DNA from: Pristiophorus japonicus
Lineage: Eukaryota
DNA length: 64,000 bases
Direction: 5' to 3'
Assembly: GCF_044704955.1 (NCBI RefSeq)
Contig: NW_027253674.1
Location: 434,001-498,000 of the forward strand
Shown here: positions 36,640 to 50,802 of the stretch, in pieces
How positions within the stretch are numbered: position 1 is the first letter of the stretch
Layout of the letters: every line of letters starts with the position of its first letter
Program-made: the position numbers and the translations under genes
Notes under the pieces: model-generated
The model's database searches: none
The model's input: the letters and a program-made list of their open reading frames with translations, nothing else
What the model was told of the DNA's origin: nothing

Positions 36640-36975
36640 AGCAAAATTGTGCACAGTATACTCAGTGTAATATGCAGACCAGAACTGTGCATAATATTCT
36701 AAGTGCGATATGGGGATCAGAACTATGCACAGTATTCTAAGTGTGATATGGAGAGCAGAGCTGTGCATACTATTCTAAGTATGATAAGGAGACCAGAACT
36801 TTACACCGTATTCTAAGTATGAGATGGAAACCAGAATTGTAAACAATATTCTAAATGTGATAAGGAAACTAGAACTGTGCACAGTATATTCTAAGTATTA
36901 TATGGAGACCAGAACTATGCACAGTACTCTAAGTGTTGTCTAACCAAGTTTCTTTACAAGTTGAACATAACTTCT
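36640..36975. repeat. 38-bp minisatellite (~8 copies) derived from a CR1 fragment, in the Cmu1-Cmu2 intron
   Basis: Unit ggagaccagaactgtgcacagtattctaagtgtgatat, with period 38 (36681, 36719, 36757). Confidence 0.85.
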
Positions 36976-37014
36976 CACCTTATCACAGTTTGCCCTGTAT
37001 CCCACATCATTAAC

Positions 37015-37314
37015 CTGACATTGTGATGTTCCACATCGACCCACCACGTCGAACCTCGCAGCAGATTGTGCTGCTCCCCACCTCGGACTCTGTGATGGTT
37101 AACTGGCTGCTCAGGGTGTAGGTTCCTTTCTTTTAGAGCAATGACGGGTAGGTCTTCAATCCAGTGGTGATCGGCCCTTTATCTTCCTCCCAGAAAAGGC
37201 TGATGATGTCAGGGGAGTAGTCCATCACCAAACAGCCCTACGTGATGGAGCCATCGGTGCTGGGTTGTTCACAGGAGGAGAGCAGTGTGTAGAGGGTGGG
37301 GGGAGACCGTGTTA
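37015..37314 (-). pseudogene. IGHM: IgM Cmu1 exon (300 bp, two in-frame stops at 37238-37240 and 37133-37135)
   Basis: [34 protein letters not shown]...[40 protein letters not shown] matches shark Cmu1. Confidence 0.93.
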
Positions 37315-38049
37315 CTGGGAAGGAATGGCCTATTGAACAAGTTAGACTCTGTAATCCCTGCTTATAAAAGAAATAAATAAATCGAAATTTGACTGCAGAA
37401 TAAACTAATTCCACCGTTTCTCCATCAAAGACTACACAGGCATTTGAGCTTCTGTCAGTTCTATCGTAAGCACCTGTCAATGCGCTGGTCAGGAAAGCAC
37501 CTCTCTATCACCGAGCTCTATCACATTACACAACAAGAACCTTTACACAACTCGCCAATAAAGAAGCCTTCATTGGATCATACAATAGCAGAACAGAGAC
37601 GTGTTCCTGTTATTTCGGCCTGCATTTATTTCTCAATCAGCACCATTTCTTGTCCTTTATTTAATTGCAGTTTGGGGAAATTTGCTCTGTGCACATTGCC
37701 TGAGGTGTATCCCGACAAAACAACAGTGACTACTTCAAAGTAACAGCGGAATTCCTGCTTAGGACGTTAGCAAAAAACCCTCCAAACTTGGCTACCACAT
37801 AATTCAACAGGTAGCATTTCCATAGTCTAGTTTCTAAGATGCAAGTTGCTGATGAACCGCGATTGAATCGAATTTCTCCCTTATTTTCTCAGCATTTGAG
37901 GGAGAGCGATGTCCTTCAGCGCACTGTGACCTGAGCTCTATTCCATCCTATTGAATGCACGTCTCTTGAGTAGCCTGCTTCCTGCCACTCAATTAATAAT
38001 CTGAATAAAATACCATTCCAAAATCCGGTTAATTGGAAGTTACTCCTTA

Positions 38050-38990
38050 AATGGCCCGTTTCAATTCCCATTGTTGTTCTTGTTATATAACAATGACATG
38101 GACTTGGTTACAGGGAATACAATTTCGAAGTTCAAAAATGATGCAAAACCTGGTAACGTAGCCTATAGTGAGCATGAAAGCAGCCGATTCTATGAGGAGA
38201 CAGATGGACCAGTGAAACAGGCTGGGACATGGCAATTGCAATTAAATGCGAATCATTGAGAAGCGATGCACATTAGGTGGAAGTTGGAGAGGCAGTATAA
38301 TCTAAATAGTATTGTTTTGAGGGGATGCACGAATAGAGAGATCTGGATGTACATATTCACACATCTTTGAAGGGGGCAGGGCAAACTGGTAAGGCTGTTA
38401 GGAAAGCGTATGGGATACTTGACTTTGTAAAAGGGGCATTGACTACAAAAACAAGGCGGTTATGCTAAACTTACAGATCACGTGTTAGGCCTCAGCTGGA
38501 CTAGCATACAGTTTTGTCACCACAATGTAGGAAGGATGTCAAGCCCTTGGGGAGTGTAGAGGGGAGGCTTTTACCTGGATGATGCCAGGGATGGGGTCTT
38601 CAGTTATGTGGAGAGATTGGAGAAGCTAGAATATTCTCCTTAGAGCAGAGGTGAAGAGGAGACCTAAGAGAGATATTCAACATTATGTCAGGTTTTGATA
38701 TACTAAGTCGGGAGAAATTGTTCCGCTGGAAAGTAGATGGGTAACCAAATGTCACAGGTTTAAAATAATTGTGAAAAGATCAGAAGGTGAAATTAAGGTG
38801 ATTTTTTTCACACAGAGGGTTGGTAATTTCAGGAATGCTCCAGGCAGTATCTCCTGTACGTCAGGAGGACTCATTTGCACGTTTACAATGAAAACTCTGG
38901 GGAGTTGGACTAAATAGGACAGCTCTTTCAGAGCCGGCACAAGCACGATGCCTGAATGGCCTCTTCCAATGCTGTGAGATGCTATCAGTC
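38050..38990 (+). mobile_element. Old CR1 LINE 3' fragment
   Basis: LFLLYNNDMD..ISKFKNDAK is a decayed RT core, followed by a VRPQL-like motif and the 3' UTR gcctgaatggcctcttcc. Confidence 0.8.
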
Positions 38991-39699
38991 TACACGAGTG
39001 AGAGGGAACAGTTCTTCTAGATTTCATGGAAGGACACACTTCATATTTTGGACACCTCTACCAGATCTATTTTTATTGTTCATTATAATGAAAGAGGATA
39101 TTTAAAATAAAAGGATCTTATAAATATGACGCAAATTAGTCAATCGCTTGCTGTTAGAAAGGCTTAGATTCATTGCGAATGATGACTTATTGCAGGTTGA
39201 CTCTCTCTCTTTAAATGTTTCACAGAATTGCAGCTCAGTGACTGTGTGCCTTGTGTTGTGACCCAGGCCAATAGTGCATCTCGTCACAGTTTGTCCCTGG
39301 CTTTAATCTTCTCAGGAAGAATTGGACAACATAATTTTTCTAAACATGAGCTCCCCATGACGGTTATTTGAAGTGGGAGTCTGGATATTCTCTATTTTAA
39401 TTGTGGAAATTACTTGTAACCTGCCATCAGATCAGAACAGGCGCTGCTTTCTGGAGCGTTATTCACTTCCTGAAACTGTTTGTTCTGAAAGTGAGCTGAG
39501 GATCAGGCCAATCATGTTCATTAGTAATCTGGTGCTGAAAATGTTCAAACATTAATAACTCATTAAAAATTGGGCATTTTTTCAGAAAGAATATAAACAT
39601 CAAAGAATGTGCGCTTTTTAATCTGGGCAATGGGACGAATTATTGTCTATATCTGGCACAAGCAGTTTATCTGCTATCTGTTAGTCGCAGATAACGGTG

Positions 39700-40225
39700 C
39701 CTAGAACACTGCCTGACCAAGCTCTCTCAGGTCAGATACAGCACGGATAAGAGAGCAAAGCTCCCGCTATGCTGCCATGTGGGTCAGGACAGGTATAGCA
39801 AGTGTTGCACACAGAGTAATATGTTATCTATACTATCCCGTCAAACATTCCCAGCTCAAGTACTGCAGAGATGTGCTAGGAAATGTCTCCCCATAAAATG
39901 CGTTATCAAATTGACCGATTAATTAAGCGCAATTATGACGAGTACAATGAAAAGCTTCCAATACACTGTCCCATTAAAGCGCACCACCCCTCCAAAGCTC
40001 TGATTAAATAGAAGATCATTCTATATTGAAGGACCCAATTAAGTTCCACGTCCTTGTAAAGAAAAGGTTAAAGACTGATTAAAGCTATCTCTGCAATGTC
40101 CCATCAAGCACTGCCACATAAGATAACGCACGGGTTAGTTCCAGAGTAAAGCTGTCATATCAAACACTGTCAGAACAGGTACAACCGGGTTAGAAACTGA
40201 TTAAAGCTCCTTCGACTGTCTCCCA
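39700..40225. repeat. Highly degenerate ~60-65 bp tandem repeat
   Basis: Recurring cccatcaaacac..caggtacagcacgggttag..cagagtaaagct motifs. Confidence 0.55.
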
Positions 40226-41630
40226 GTGGTGTTTCGGAACTGCTCCTTCTAACTGTCACAATCTGGGTTATGATCTCATTTCTACGGCGACTCCTCAACC
40301 TTAAAGTCAATCTTTCACGTTTCTCACATATACAAGTTTCTTAAATAACTGAATTAAATGACACTCCCCGCTATACAGGATCACAACCCAGAAGGTTTAC
40401 AACCCGTCAGGAGGACTCCTGATTCTCACACAGTGAGCAGACGCACAGAAACAGAACAGACACAAACGGTACAACAAGGGTGCTCCAGGCAGAGAGAGAC
40501 CAGTTCAATCTGTTAATTTCAATGAAGCTGTTTGATTTCTAGTTTATTTCTTGTCAATTTCCAACCACCTCAACGCTGCAGATTCTTCGAAATTTATCTG
40601 ATATTAATTTGAGAGACTCTTCAACATCCAGCCATTTCCCCATCACTGTCAGCTATCTTGTAAACCGTGTAACAATTAACTTCCCTGAAAGCAAGTATCT
40701 GGAAATAATTCACATTCCACGGGAATTTGCTGCCTGTCACACGGGACTCGGTGACAGAGTAAGAATGTCACCATCCAGGAGACATATCCAGCGATACCTA
40801 ATCACCCACTGATGTTATATGTTTTCATCAGTAAATATAACCTATAAAATCATCGCGGAAAAACAGGAAATTAATTCACTAAAATCTGCTGCGACACCTT
40901 GTCGAACTCAGCACAGCCGAGTTATAAATGTATTGTTTTCTAAATTAATTTATGAATGAATTAAACATTATCTCCAACCCTTGAAATTTTGCAATAATTG
41001 TAATACTGACCAGTATGCAACACAATTGTAAGGGCTCGCTTATCTATTAATGAATTAGCACTGATGTTACATTCTAATTTAATGTTCATGTTAGCTGAAT
41101 ATTGAAAATAATCTGAGTGCCAGTCTGGCCCTTCCTCCTCAGAAGTATACCTACCTGGAACTTTTGAAATTAAATTAACGTGCTTGAATTTCAGCCATAC
41201 AAATACAAATAAATTATTAATAATTTTAAAACCTTTTTCTGGCTGATAACTTGTGATATATTATGGTTTACTTAACTTACCATAACAATTCATCAATATT
41301 AAAATATTAAGCAGCATATTAATGCATAACTACTCAGACAAACACCTTATTTTTACTGAAATGGAATCAAATTTGAATAATTGACAATAATCAAGCAATT
41401 CTACTAATGTCCCGCTCTCGACCGACACCTTTTTAAACTCTGCATGTTTCTAATGTAGCATAAACTGCATCTATTCACAGAGAATATTTCACATGATGGA
41501 ATTGGGGGTGGACTAATTTAAATAGTTCTCTGTCCAGCCGGGGTCACAACTCCGATGGGCTGTAAACCGCTTGTTTAATAATGCTGGAATCTCGAGCTGA
41601 AATATTCTCCTCAATCTTAAACCCCAAAAA

Positions 41631-44600
41631 TGTAAATCTCCTCTGTCTTCCTTCTTTGTGTCTCAGCTTCCTGTCTTACTCCCTTGCTCCTGATGTGTCA
41701 CTAGTTATTCTCAGGATTGTGACTACAAATCTTATTTACAACGCATTAGTCTTGTGGCTAATTTTTTCTGGCAGGTATAGGGCTGATTAATTTATGCTCA
41801 CAGGTAACATTTCATTCTGCACATTGTCAAATAACAACATTACTTTTGTCCCAAGTTTAACTACCACGCAATTTCCCAAGCTAAATTCCCCTGGTTTACA
41901 ATATTCAGGTAACATTTTTTACACACTTATCTTGTGGCTTCAAGACAAATGCTCCTGACACTTAGATGCCGCCCCCTAGAGGCTGCTTTACGTAGTTGTT
42001 GTACCCTCCGCTGTGGTTAAATGCTTCTGGGCCCCCTCGGGGCGGCCTTGTAGCTTGTCCTTGTAGAATCGGAAGGACGGTGATGATCACGATTATATTC
42101 TGTTGATAAAACACATCCTGGATAATCCAGGTTTTAGTTAGAGTCTTACCATTTCCATTTCAACCGGATTTTCCTTTCACTAGCCACTGTATTGGTTCTG
42201 CAATTGCTGTGGTTAGGCACAAAATTCCGACAATAGCTAACGAACTCCAGTACATTACAAACCCCTCAGACTGCTTTTGGTCGGGGCATAATCCTAATGT
42301 CCTCCTTCCTGTCATTGGACATGGTCCGAGTTCCTTGGGATATTTCGTGTCCCAGGTACTGTACCACAGCTTGTCCGATGTGTGCCTTTTTGGGATTTAC
42401 TTTAAATCCTGCTTTCCGTTATCTCAAATATATTTTTCATAACTAGAACAGAGTCTAGCACGGAGGCTTTGATAGCTGCTTTCTGTTATCTCACATGTTC
42501 CAGTTTCAAAGCCTTTCCGTCTCAGTTTCTGTGGTTCTTCAACCACTGTATCTGAAGTCACAAGTTCAACTTATATTTTCCTTTGTGCTTAACTGCTAAA
42601 GCCTGCCGTTTTAACATTTAATTTTTTTTTAAATTCGTTTTACGCTTTCGCAGATAGCTCCCCACTTGCCCAGGAGTTTGACCTGATCCCTGAAGGTATT
42701 TATACATTGTTTTCAAACATTATAGTTTTATTTATTTTTTGTAAGAGAGCAGATTTAACTTTTTATTTTAAATGTATCTCATTTTGTTGTGTATTTACTA
42801 AAACAGTGGTACTTGAAATCTTCACAACAAAATTAACTCTTCACTGCTCCCATCCTAATTTCTGCTCCCCTTTTGTAGTATTTGTATTTATTGTTGAATT
42901 TTGAAATGTCAAATATGGTAATACTGTTTTTTAATCGGACTTATCATTTATGCTTATGGTGATTCACAGATCACAGAATGCAAAGTATTGTTTTGTAATT
43001 ATGTACCTAACTTCTGTTTTAGAAGCTGAACATCAAAAACTCCAATCTTTTGCGCTGTAACTTCAATTTTGTGATACAGTATCTCATAAATTTAATCTTT
43101 TTAAGCTTCAGCTTCTGACGCAATATGTTAACTTTTATTAAAAGTCTTCCAAACCCAAGATTTTCCAATACAACCAAAATGTTTATCAAGGAGAATCACC
43201 AGAAATATCTCAAAATCCCAATTCAAATATGCCAATCTTTTATTTAAAAATCATATTACTGAGCTAGAAGCTTTCGCATCAAGATTTTACACAAAGAAAT
43301 ATGGGGGCGTACTTCCCCAGCCCGCAGCCTTGAGACACCCACGCAGGATTCTTTTTTTAAGGCATTACAATTTCCCTTCTCCATTCTTTATCTCATTCCT
43401 AGACTAAATGTATTGTCTTTCAAACAAATGTAATCAATGATTACATGTTTTCTTTTGACAAGTGAGCGTATCGAAAACATTTTTTTAAAACCATCGGGAC
43501 CACACATTTTTTATCTTTTGCTCAACAAACCTATCCTTTGTGCATTTCCTAGCTCCATAATATATCATCTGAATAAATCCACACCTGGGTTTCTAAATTA
43601 AAATGTAATTCAATTCTATGTTCACACTTTCTTAAAACTTCCTTCATACAGGACAACACTGCAAAGGGCTAAAACAAATTCACTCTGTCTGAAAAAGTAG
43701 GTGGGGCCATAACAACAGACAGCTCTACCACTTTCTGGAGCAGGCTTTCAGACACCTGAAAAATTCATTAATTCCCACCTCAAATATTCCGCATTCAAAA
43801 ATCACACAAGCACTTTCATTCAAAGACAGACATTCACAACAATCTCTCTTCATTCAACAAAGTTTATTGTTTGGCCGGCTCTATTTTTGTATCCATACTT
43901 CACTTAAGATAGTCACTAACAGTTTTTGTTATGGACTTCCGAAAAATATCTACTAAGCTACTCTTCTGGCACCCAATCAATACTTTATTTTCCTCAGATC
44001 CTAATCATAACCCTTTTAATGTGACATACAAATTTGGGCCAAATTCCTCTGTCCATTCCCTTCTGTCATCTATATCTATTTTTATACTTACATCTTGTTG
44101 TCTTGTGTCACTTTCTCTGTCCATCTCACCTTCGGGTATCTTTCTATTCATCTTTCCGGCTGTTAAAATTATCTTTTTCCCTTCATCATATCCTGCCTTA
44201 ACCATCTTCATGACCTTTTCAGATTTATCTCTCAGAAACTCTTCTGGTAGTTTATACCTCAGCCCTCCAAGGGCCTTGGCAGATTCCTTTGCCATTTCAT
44301 ACATTGGGGCTTTTTCTCCAGTTCCTGTTTTACCATCTTTACTTAAGCAGAACTTTTTAAACCAAGGCTTTTTACCGAGTGCTGTTTTTCCGCCTTTACT
44401 TATGTGGAACTATTTACACTGAGGCTTTTTCCCCGATATCCCGTATACGTACTTATTGTACCGACATTTAGTGTATTTATTTACAGTGTCCTGACGCGCC
44501 CCTCAACTGGATTTACTGCTGCATGGACTCAAGCTCAGATTCGTTGGATCTCTGGTTACTTTGCGAGGAGAATTTCTCAAGGTAATTCTCTACTCACTCG

Positions 44601-45183
44601 TTATTCGGTTGGTTTGGCTTTTTGAGTCTAATCTGCCCGTCCAGTAGATCCTGTTGACTGTGCCACGTTGTTAGAGTTAACTTTCAAACCACCACTCGGA
44701 GTCCGTTAGCCTTAAAGTAAATGCAGTTTTAATTAATAAAAGATTCAAGCTGGAAGGGGAGCTATCCTTGAATGAATGCTCAGAGAAACTGCCAGAGACA
44801 TCTTATTTTATACAGTTTCAGATTATAGCATTACGTAATTACGCAAGTTACAATTAATACGTGCTGATTGATTATTACATGATTATCTGGTAGTTTGCTT
44901 CCTCCAATCTGCCCTCTATATGTTTAATTAGTAAGTCAGGATACATGTTGTTATGAATCTTTTTATTTAACTTGTATCTTATTACAGAATTCAAATTCTA
45001 TGTTAGCTGTGTCTGTGCCCAGCTCCCAAGGCCTTTGGTCTATGAATTGGAACATCTGCCCCTCTGCGGAAAGCATCCCACACATGCTTCTCACAGTCTG
45101 AAAAACAGGCTGTGGGATCCATTTTAAAAATCTGTTAACTCCATTTTAAAACATCTCAATTATTATTATTAATTGTAATTACA
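41631..45183 (-). mobile_element. ERV-C copy 2 (PBS 44648-44665, LTR ~44669-45183), truncated at the duplication breakpoint
   Basis: Paralog of 1795-5269. Leader ORF 44005-44304 is nearly identical to 4190-4432. Confidence 0.72.
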
Positions 45184-47857
45184 ATTTGTGATCTGCCCTT
45201 TCAGTCTATTATGCGGTATCTAATCGAAGGCCTTTGGAAATCTAGATAAATTACATCTACTACATTACGTTAGTTTACGCTATCTGTTACTTCTTCGAAA
45301 AATTCAAAGAATTTGGTCAATTCAAGACTTTCCCTTTTCTTATCCATGCTGACTATTCATTTATGGTTTCTAGTTTTTCTTCCAATTTCTCCTTTAGTAG
45401 GGAATCCATTATTTTTCCTCCCAACGACGTTAAGTTGACTGGACTATAGTTCCTCAGACACGTTCTACCTCCCTTCTTAAAAATAGGTATTACATTAGGT
45501 ATCTGCCAATCCTCCGGCACTGCACTTTATTCTACCTAAATATTAAATATGTTTATTAATGCCTCTGCTATCTCTTCCCTCGATGTAATTTGTCCGAATC
45601 CGGCATTTTATCCATTTTCGGTTTGATTAGTTTATATAATATTTTCCTCTTGTTATTTTAAATGCAGTTATTTCATTTCTAATATCATCCAATGTCATGT
45701 CCACCTGTGTTGACTCCCTGATAAATACTGATGCAAAGTAATTGTTTAATATTTCTTCCTATCTCTGCCTGTGGACAACCTTGTGAGCCACGTACCTTGG
45801 TATGTATTGTGGATTCCTCCTCGCAATCTTTATCCTTATCGTTGGGCAGGAGCTGTATCTCATTCTCAGTCTCTCCTCAGTTCTCGCTACACGGCACTCA
45901 ATCAGCCACGGACTTTCCTGAACCTGCGTTTTTCTGTGCGATGTGACTGTTTTCTGGATGAAATCACTTATCATGTGTGTTTCAGAGTGTGTCGAGTTCG
46001 CACTCCAGCCCAATTACCCTGAGCCAGAGAGAATAAAGCAGAGAGAATAAAGCAGAGACAGATTTGATGTCCACAAACTCACACACATTAATGTCTCGAA
46101 TCATTGCCTGCCCTGCCATCTTTAGTTATTTTTTATAAATTTATTTGCTTATTTACACACTGAATTAATTTAATTACTTAGTTTTTATTCAAATGGTTAT
46201 TTATAATTATATTAATTAATTAGTAATTATAGTTAAATTATTAATTTAATAAAGTATTGTTATTGCTCCCAGGTCTTAGTGTGAACCAAGCTTCGAGAAA
46301 AAAGGTAATACTCACCAAACGTTCATCTACCTGCTGTATTTTGGAGGCCAAAGCAGCACCTCCTTCAACCACTGTTATCATACCAACTTTCACCAAATTC
46401 CGTTTAATATCACTGTGCAGAACACACTGTGAATCAGCAGTTAGTGTTTAGTTTTATACCTTTGGAGCCACACACAAGTTACAAGTGCTGTCTCAGCTCC
46501 ATGCACATTGCTCGCAGTAATTAGCACATATTTAAGACTAACACTTACAGCTGACTGATAGTTAACTACCACTAAGAGGCAGTTTCTGCTAACTTCTGTA
46601 TTTAAAGTTCTAAGTTCAATTCAAAACGTTAATCTAAATTTCCCTTCTTACAGCTAATACTCAGCTAGACTCACGTCGGACTTACCACTGAATCTCACTT
46701 TCTCTACGTTCCCAAGTTTACCACTCTCTTTGTGCATTCCGTTTAAGATCTGGATGTGGTGATAGAGTAAGTTTTGACATGTTCTGCTGGGCTGAAAGAG
46801 TCGGGGTGGGGAATGTCGCTCTGTAAATTTGCAGTCCACAGGCAGACGGGCTGCTAACTCCCAGCACCCCCAGGGAAACTTCAGGGGAACGCCTCAGACC
46901 AGTTTGCAGCCGCGAGCACCGAATGGCCTATTTCTGTGCTGCAGACATTAAGTAACTCTATGTAAAGTGATGTGTGAAGGAGAAGGGATGTCTGAAATGC
47001 GATTCTGGGTCAACCACAGACTAGGGCGTTGTCAGAAGGGCAGGTCTGTGATGTCACAATGCTCAGGCACAGTGTCATGCGAGTTTCCCCGCTTTATTAC
47101 ATCACACATACTGCAATACCTAGCAACAAAGCTCGTTACCACCCTCCCTGAACACTGCATATTATGGGCTATGTTTAACTCGGAGATTTTACAGAGAGTG
47201 AGGAGGAGCTGTTGTGTGTGGCGTGTTTGCGGGGATCACTTCATCCTGCAGATCACCGCATTGTTCAGGCAAACTTACAAAGGAACGTTATAGTGGTGAA
47301 TGTCACTGGGGCATACTCCGTCTGCAGGAGACCCTTTAATCCCAAAGGTAGATTATCTGAAACAAGGATACGTCGCTATCACCAGGCGTTGGGGCTGCTC
47401 AGGTTAAACCCCATTGGGAGAAAAACATAAGGAGCCTGGAAAAGGATGAAAGCACTGACCTTTGAGCCTTTGAAACCTTCCCTCCCTGGCTGTTGTTTGG
47501 TCCCAGGCCATTTCCATCCAGCTTTCCCTGGGAGTGCTGGGGACTGAGCGGCCCGCCCGTGGACTGTGCAGTAACAGAGCCACCTTCCCCGTGCTGCTCC
47601 CTTTGGGTAAACACATCCGACACGAGCCTGGCGGTCGGGAGCTTTATAAACCCGTCCCAGGCCGCAGCAGACGTCTTAGCGGGGATAAAACCTGCAGGAG
47701 TCCAGCGGGACTGATCTCCGTGGACTTCCCCACCACTATCATTTTTGTTAGTCGCTGAATCCGCGCGGTGAAAGATGAAAACAGGCCTCACTGTGTGTGT
47801 ATAACAGAGATGAGCGGATTGGGCAGAACACCCGCCCAAAACATTGTGTGATTCTTA

Positions 47858-50802
47858 TTATTTAATACATTTAACAATTACAGTAAAGGGATATTTCACC
47901 ACATTCTTCAACTCCTCTCTGAATTTCGTCTGGGTCACGACATAAATACATGTGTTGGTGCAGCAACTCAGGAGCTGAAGCATAAATCCCATTTCCAGTA
48001 CATATTGAGGTAGATATACAGGAATAAAGTTTAACGAATACAATCGTTTAACCACAGAATATAACAGAAACACTGCCCATAAGAGGATAAAATTGCCGGA
48101 TATAACAAACAGTAAAATGATGGATTTCCTTCGCTTCTCCATCTCTGGGTCACTGGGACTCTCCCCACTGCTGTGGGCCCGGAGTCTCCTGCGGGCTCTG
48201 CTCGACACTAAAACGTGTCTGACAGTTAAAGTATTGAGCAGAAGGATCAGAACAAATGGAATAAACGGTGTTATAATATAATGAAGGAATTCAATTACTG
48301 CCCATGATAGTGACTCAGAGACTTCCCATCTAACAATACAAAACCAGGGACTATTGGAAATATTATACACACCTCCATACATAAAGTACCAGAAAGTGTT
48401 CTTTACACAGAACAGCACACTCACTGTTCCCACAACCACAGTCGCCGTTTTCTCGGTGCAATATTTGGTTTTGAGCTTCTGACAACAAATGGCTATACAT
48501 CGATCAAAGGTAAAAGCAACTGTGAACCAGACGGAACAGTCTGTGACTGCGTAAAGCAGGATGGCATGGATATTACACACTTTACTCTTCCACATGAACT
48601 CAAACGCGGTCCAATAAAGAATAGAAATCTGCCTGGATATCAGGTCGAGGATAACGACCAGTAGATCCGCCGCTGCCATTGCCACCAGGTAACGGCTGAC
48701 ACACTTGGAGAGACCGCACCTTCCTCGAGACAGGACTATTATCGTCACGAAGTTCACTGTAAGAAAGAGAAAAACAGGGAATTTATATTTCAGATTGAGA
48801 GCAACAACAGCTGTCTCAAAGAATTATGTGTGAAATGTGTCAGGATTAAATGAACCAGCCAATGGGACGTGTGGTGTGTGGGTCAGGACTGATTACACCA
48901 GCGGATGGGTCGTGTGGTGTTTGGCACAGTTACTGAAATAACCAATATATGGGACGTGTTGTTGTCGGGACAAGGACTGAATGTACCAATGGATGGGACG
49001 TGTGGGTGTTGGCTCTGGACTGAATGTATTAGTGGATGGGATGTTTGGGTGTTGTGACAGGGAGTGAGTGAAGCGGTGGATGTGATGTGTGGTTGCTGGG
49101 TCATGACTGAAAGAATATATGTGTTGGACTTTTGCCGGGATGTTAAAGCGCTGAATGAGACTAATATATAACGCCATATCCAAGTCAGAGTGAGCAATAA
49201 TTCAGCACAAGAAGCCGCGAGTTTGTCAATAACCTGTGTCCATTGAGGGGAATAGAGTCATTGTCCAGGGATGGGAATGTAGTCTGGGGACAGCGAGGGG
49301 AATGGAATCTGTGTCCAGGGAGGAGAATGGAGTTGTGGGCCAAGGGAGGAATGGAGTCTGTGGCCAAGAAAAGGAATGGAGTCTGTACAGGGAGGGGAAT
49401 GGAGTCTGTGGCCAAGGTGGGGAATGATGAAATTTGTTGCCAGAGAGGGGAATGGAGTCTTTGGCGAGATTATGGCGGTTGTGTCAAAGGCTGAAGAAGA
49501 TGACTTGAATTGCATTATGTATCGAAATCAGAACCTTTCCAACCATTGTATTGAAAGTACACTTTGTAACTGGCTTAAGCTGACTTTCCAAGAATATTGC
49601 AAATAATCTTTAAAGAAGGGACTGTCGCTTTACAATAGACTAATGATGACCCATGTTGTATGATGTCACAGAGGATTTTCGAACGTGTCTGTTTACAGCT
49701 GGAACAATGTCAATCTGCTGCTTTTCACCTGGTGTGAGAAAGTTACAGACTTCCAGTTGACAGAGAAAGTTTGAGACTGGAAATATCAAAATATTTCACA
49801 ATATCGTGCTACATTTTGAATAGTTGCTACCGTGCGGCCCACACCGAGATCTCCTGAACTGTGGCTGAACAAGGGAAATAAATCAATTCAAGCACAACTG
49901 AACAAACATTTTACTGAGTTTGTATTGCAGTTTTAACCCTGTCCTGACCATCTGGAATTAGTGACTGTGAGGCAGAGCGGGAGGCGGTGGAAATTACGAC
50001 AACTGTCTATAGCTGAATCATTAGTGAATAATGTCTCATATCTCAGTGTATTTGTGAAGGATCTCTCAACGCTGATTTCCACAGAGCAGTGTCATTAACA
50101 ATAACCAGCGGTCCTTAAAACACTTATTGCCGCTGAACACATATTTATTATCCAACACTGGGCATCAGTGCAGAAAGCTGACTGCAAGCTGTTCAATAAT
50201 CTAATCGTTCACTAACATATCTTGTGTCAATAAAATCAAATTTCTGTCAAATCCTGTAAACCACGATCACTGGAAACAAGTTGCGGAAACAACACACTGT
50301 TTATTGAACTGGGAGCAGCGAGTCAGCAAATGATCAAACATTACATGACAGAAACTTCCGTGCATTGCCAGACACAGAAAACAGGTTTAAATTGTGAAAA
50401 CAACACACTGTTCATTGAACTGGGATCAGCGAATCAGCAAATTATCAAACATTACATGACAGAAACTTCCGTGCATTGCCAGACACAGAAAACAGGTTTA
50501 AATTGTGAAAACAACATACTGTTCATTGAACTGGGAGCAGCAAATTAACAAATGATCAAACATTACATGACAGAAACCTCTTTTCATTGCCAGACTCAGA
50601 ACAAGAGGTTGAAATTGAATACAATTAATAAGTAGAACTAAAGGACAAGGACAGAAAATACAGAGAAACATGGGTTACATAATTAATTGCAGATGAAGGA
50701 CTCACCAGGAACACCAACAGCAGCGAGGAGCGGGTAATAAATACGTTCCACTTTTAAAAATGCCCACCGGATCCAAAGCTCAGTTGGAATCTCCCAGAAC
50801 AT
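47858..50802 (-). CDS. GPR139/GPR142-like class A GPCR, copy 2; exon 1 50706-50802, exon 2 47858-48756; 331 aa, intact
   Basis: Same exon structure and splice sites as copy 1, with an open frame. Exon 1 encodes MFWEIPTELWIRWAFLKVERIYYPLLAAVGVP. Confidence 0.9.

Noticed and set aside
32635-37314. IgW, IgNAR or a functional IgM gene
   Set aside because: The four domains and the tail match shark IgM specifically, and multiple stops and frameshifts exclude function.
39270-39300. Possible JH-like segment (CCAGGGACA on the minus strand)
   Set aside because: There is no WGxG frame, RSS or splice donor.
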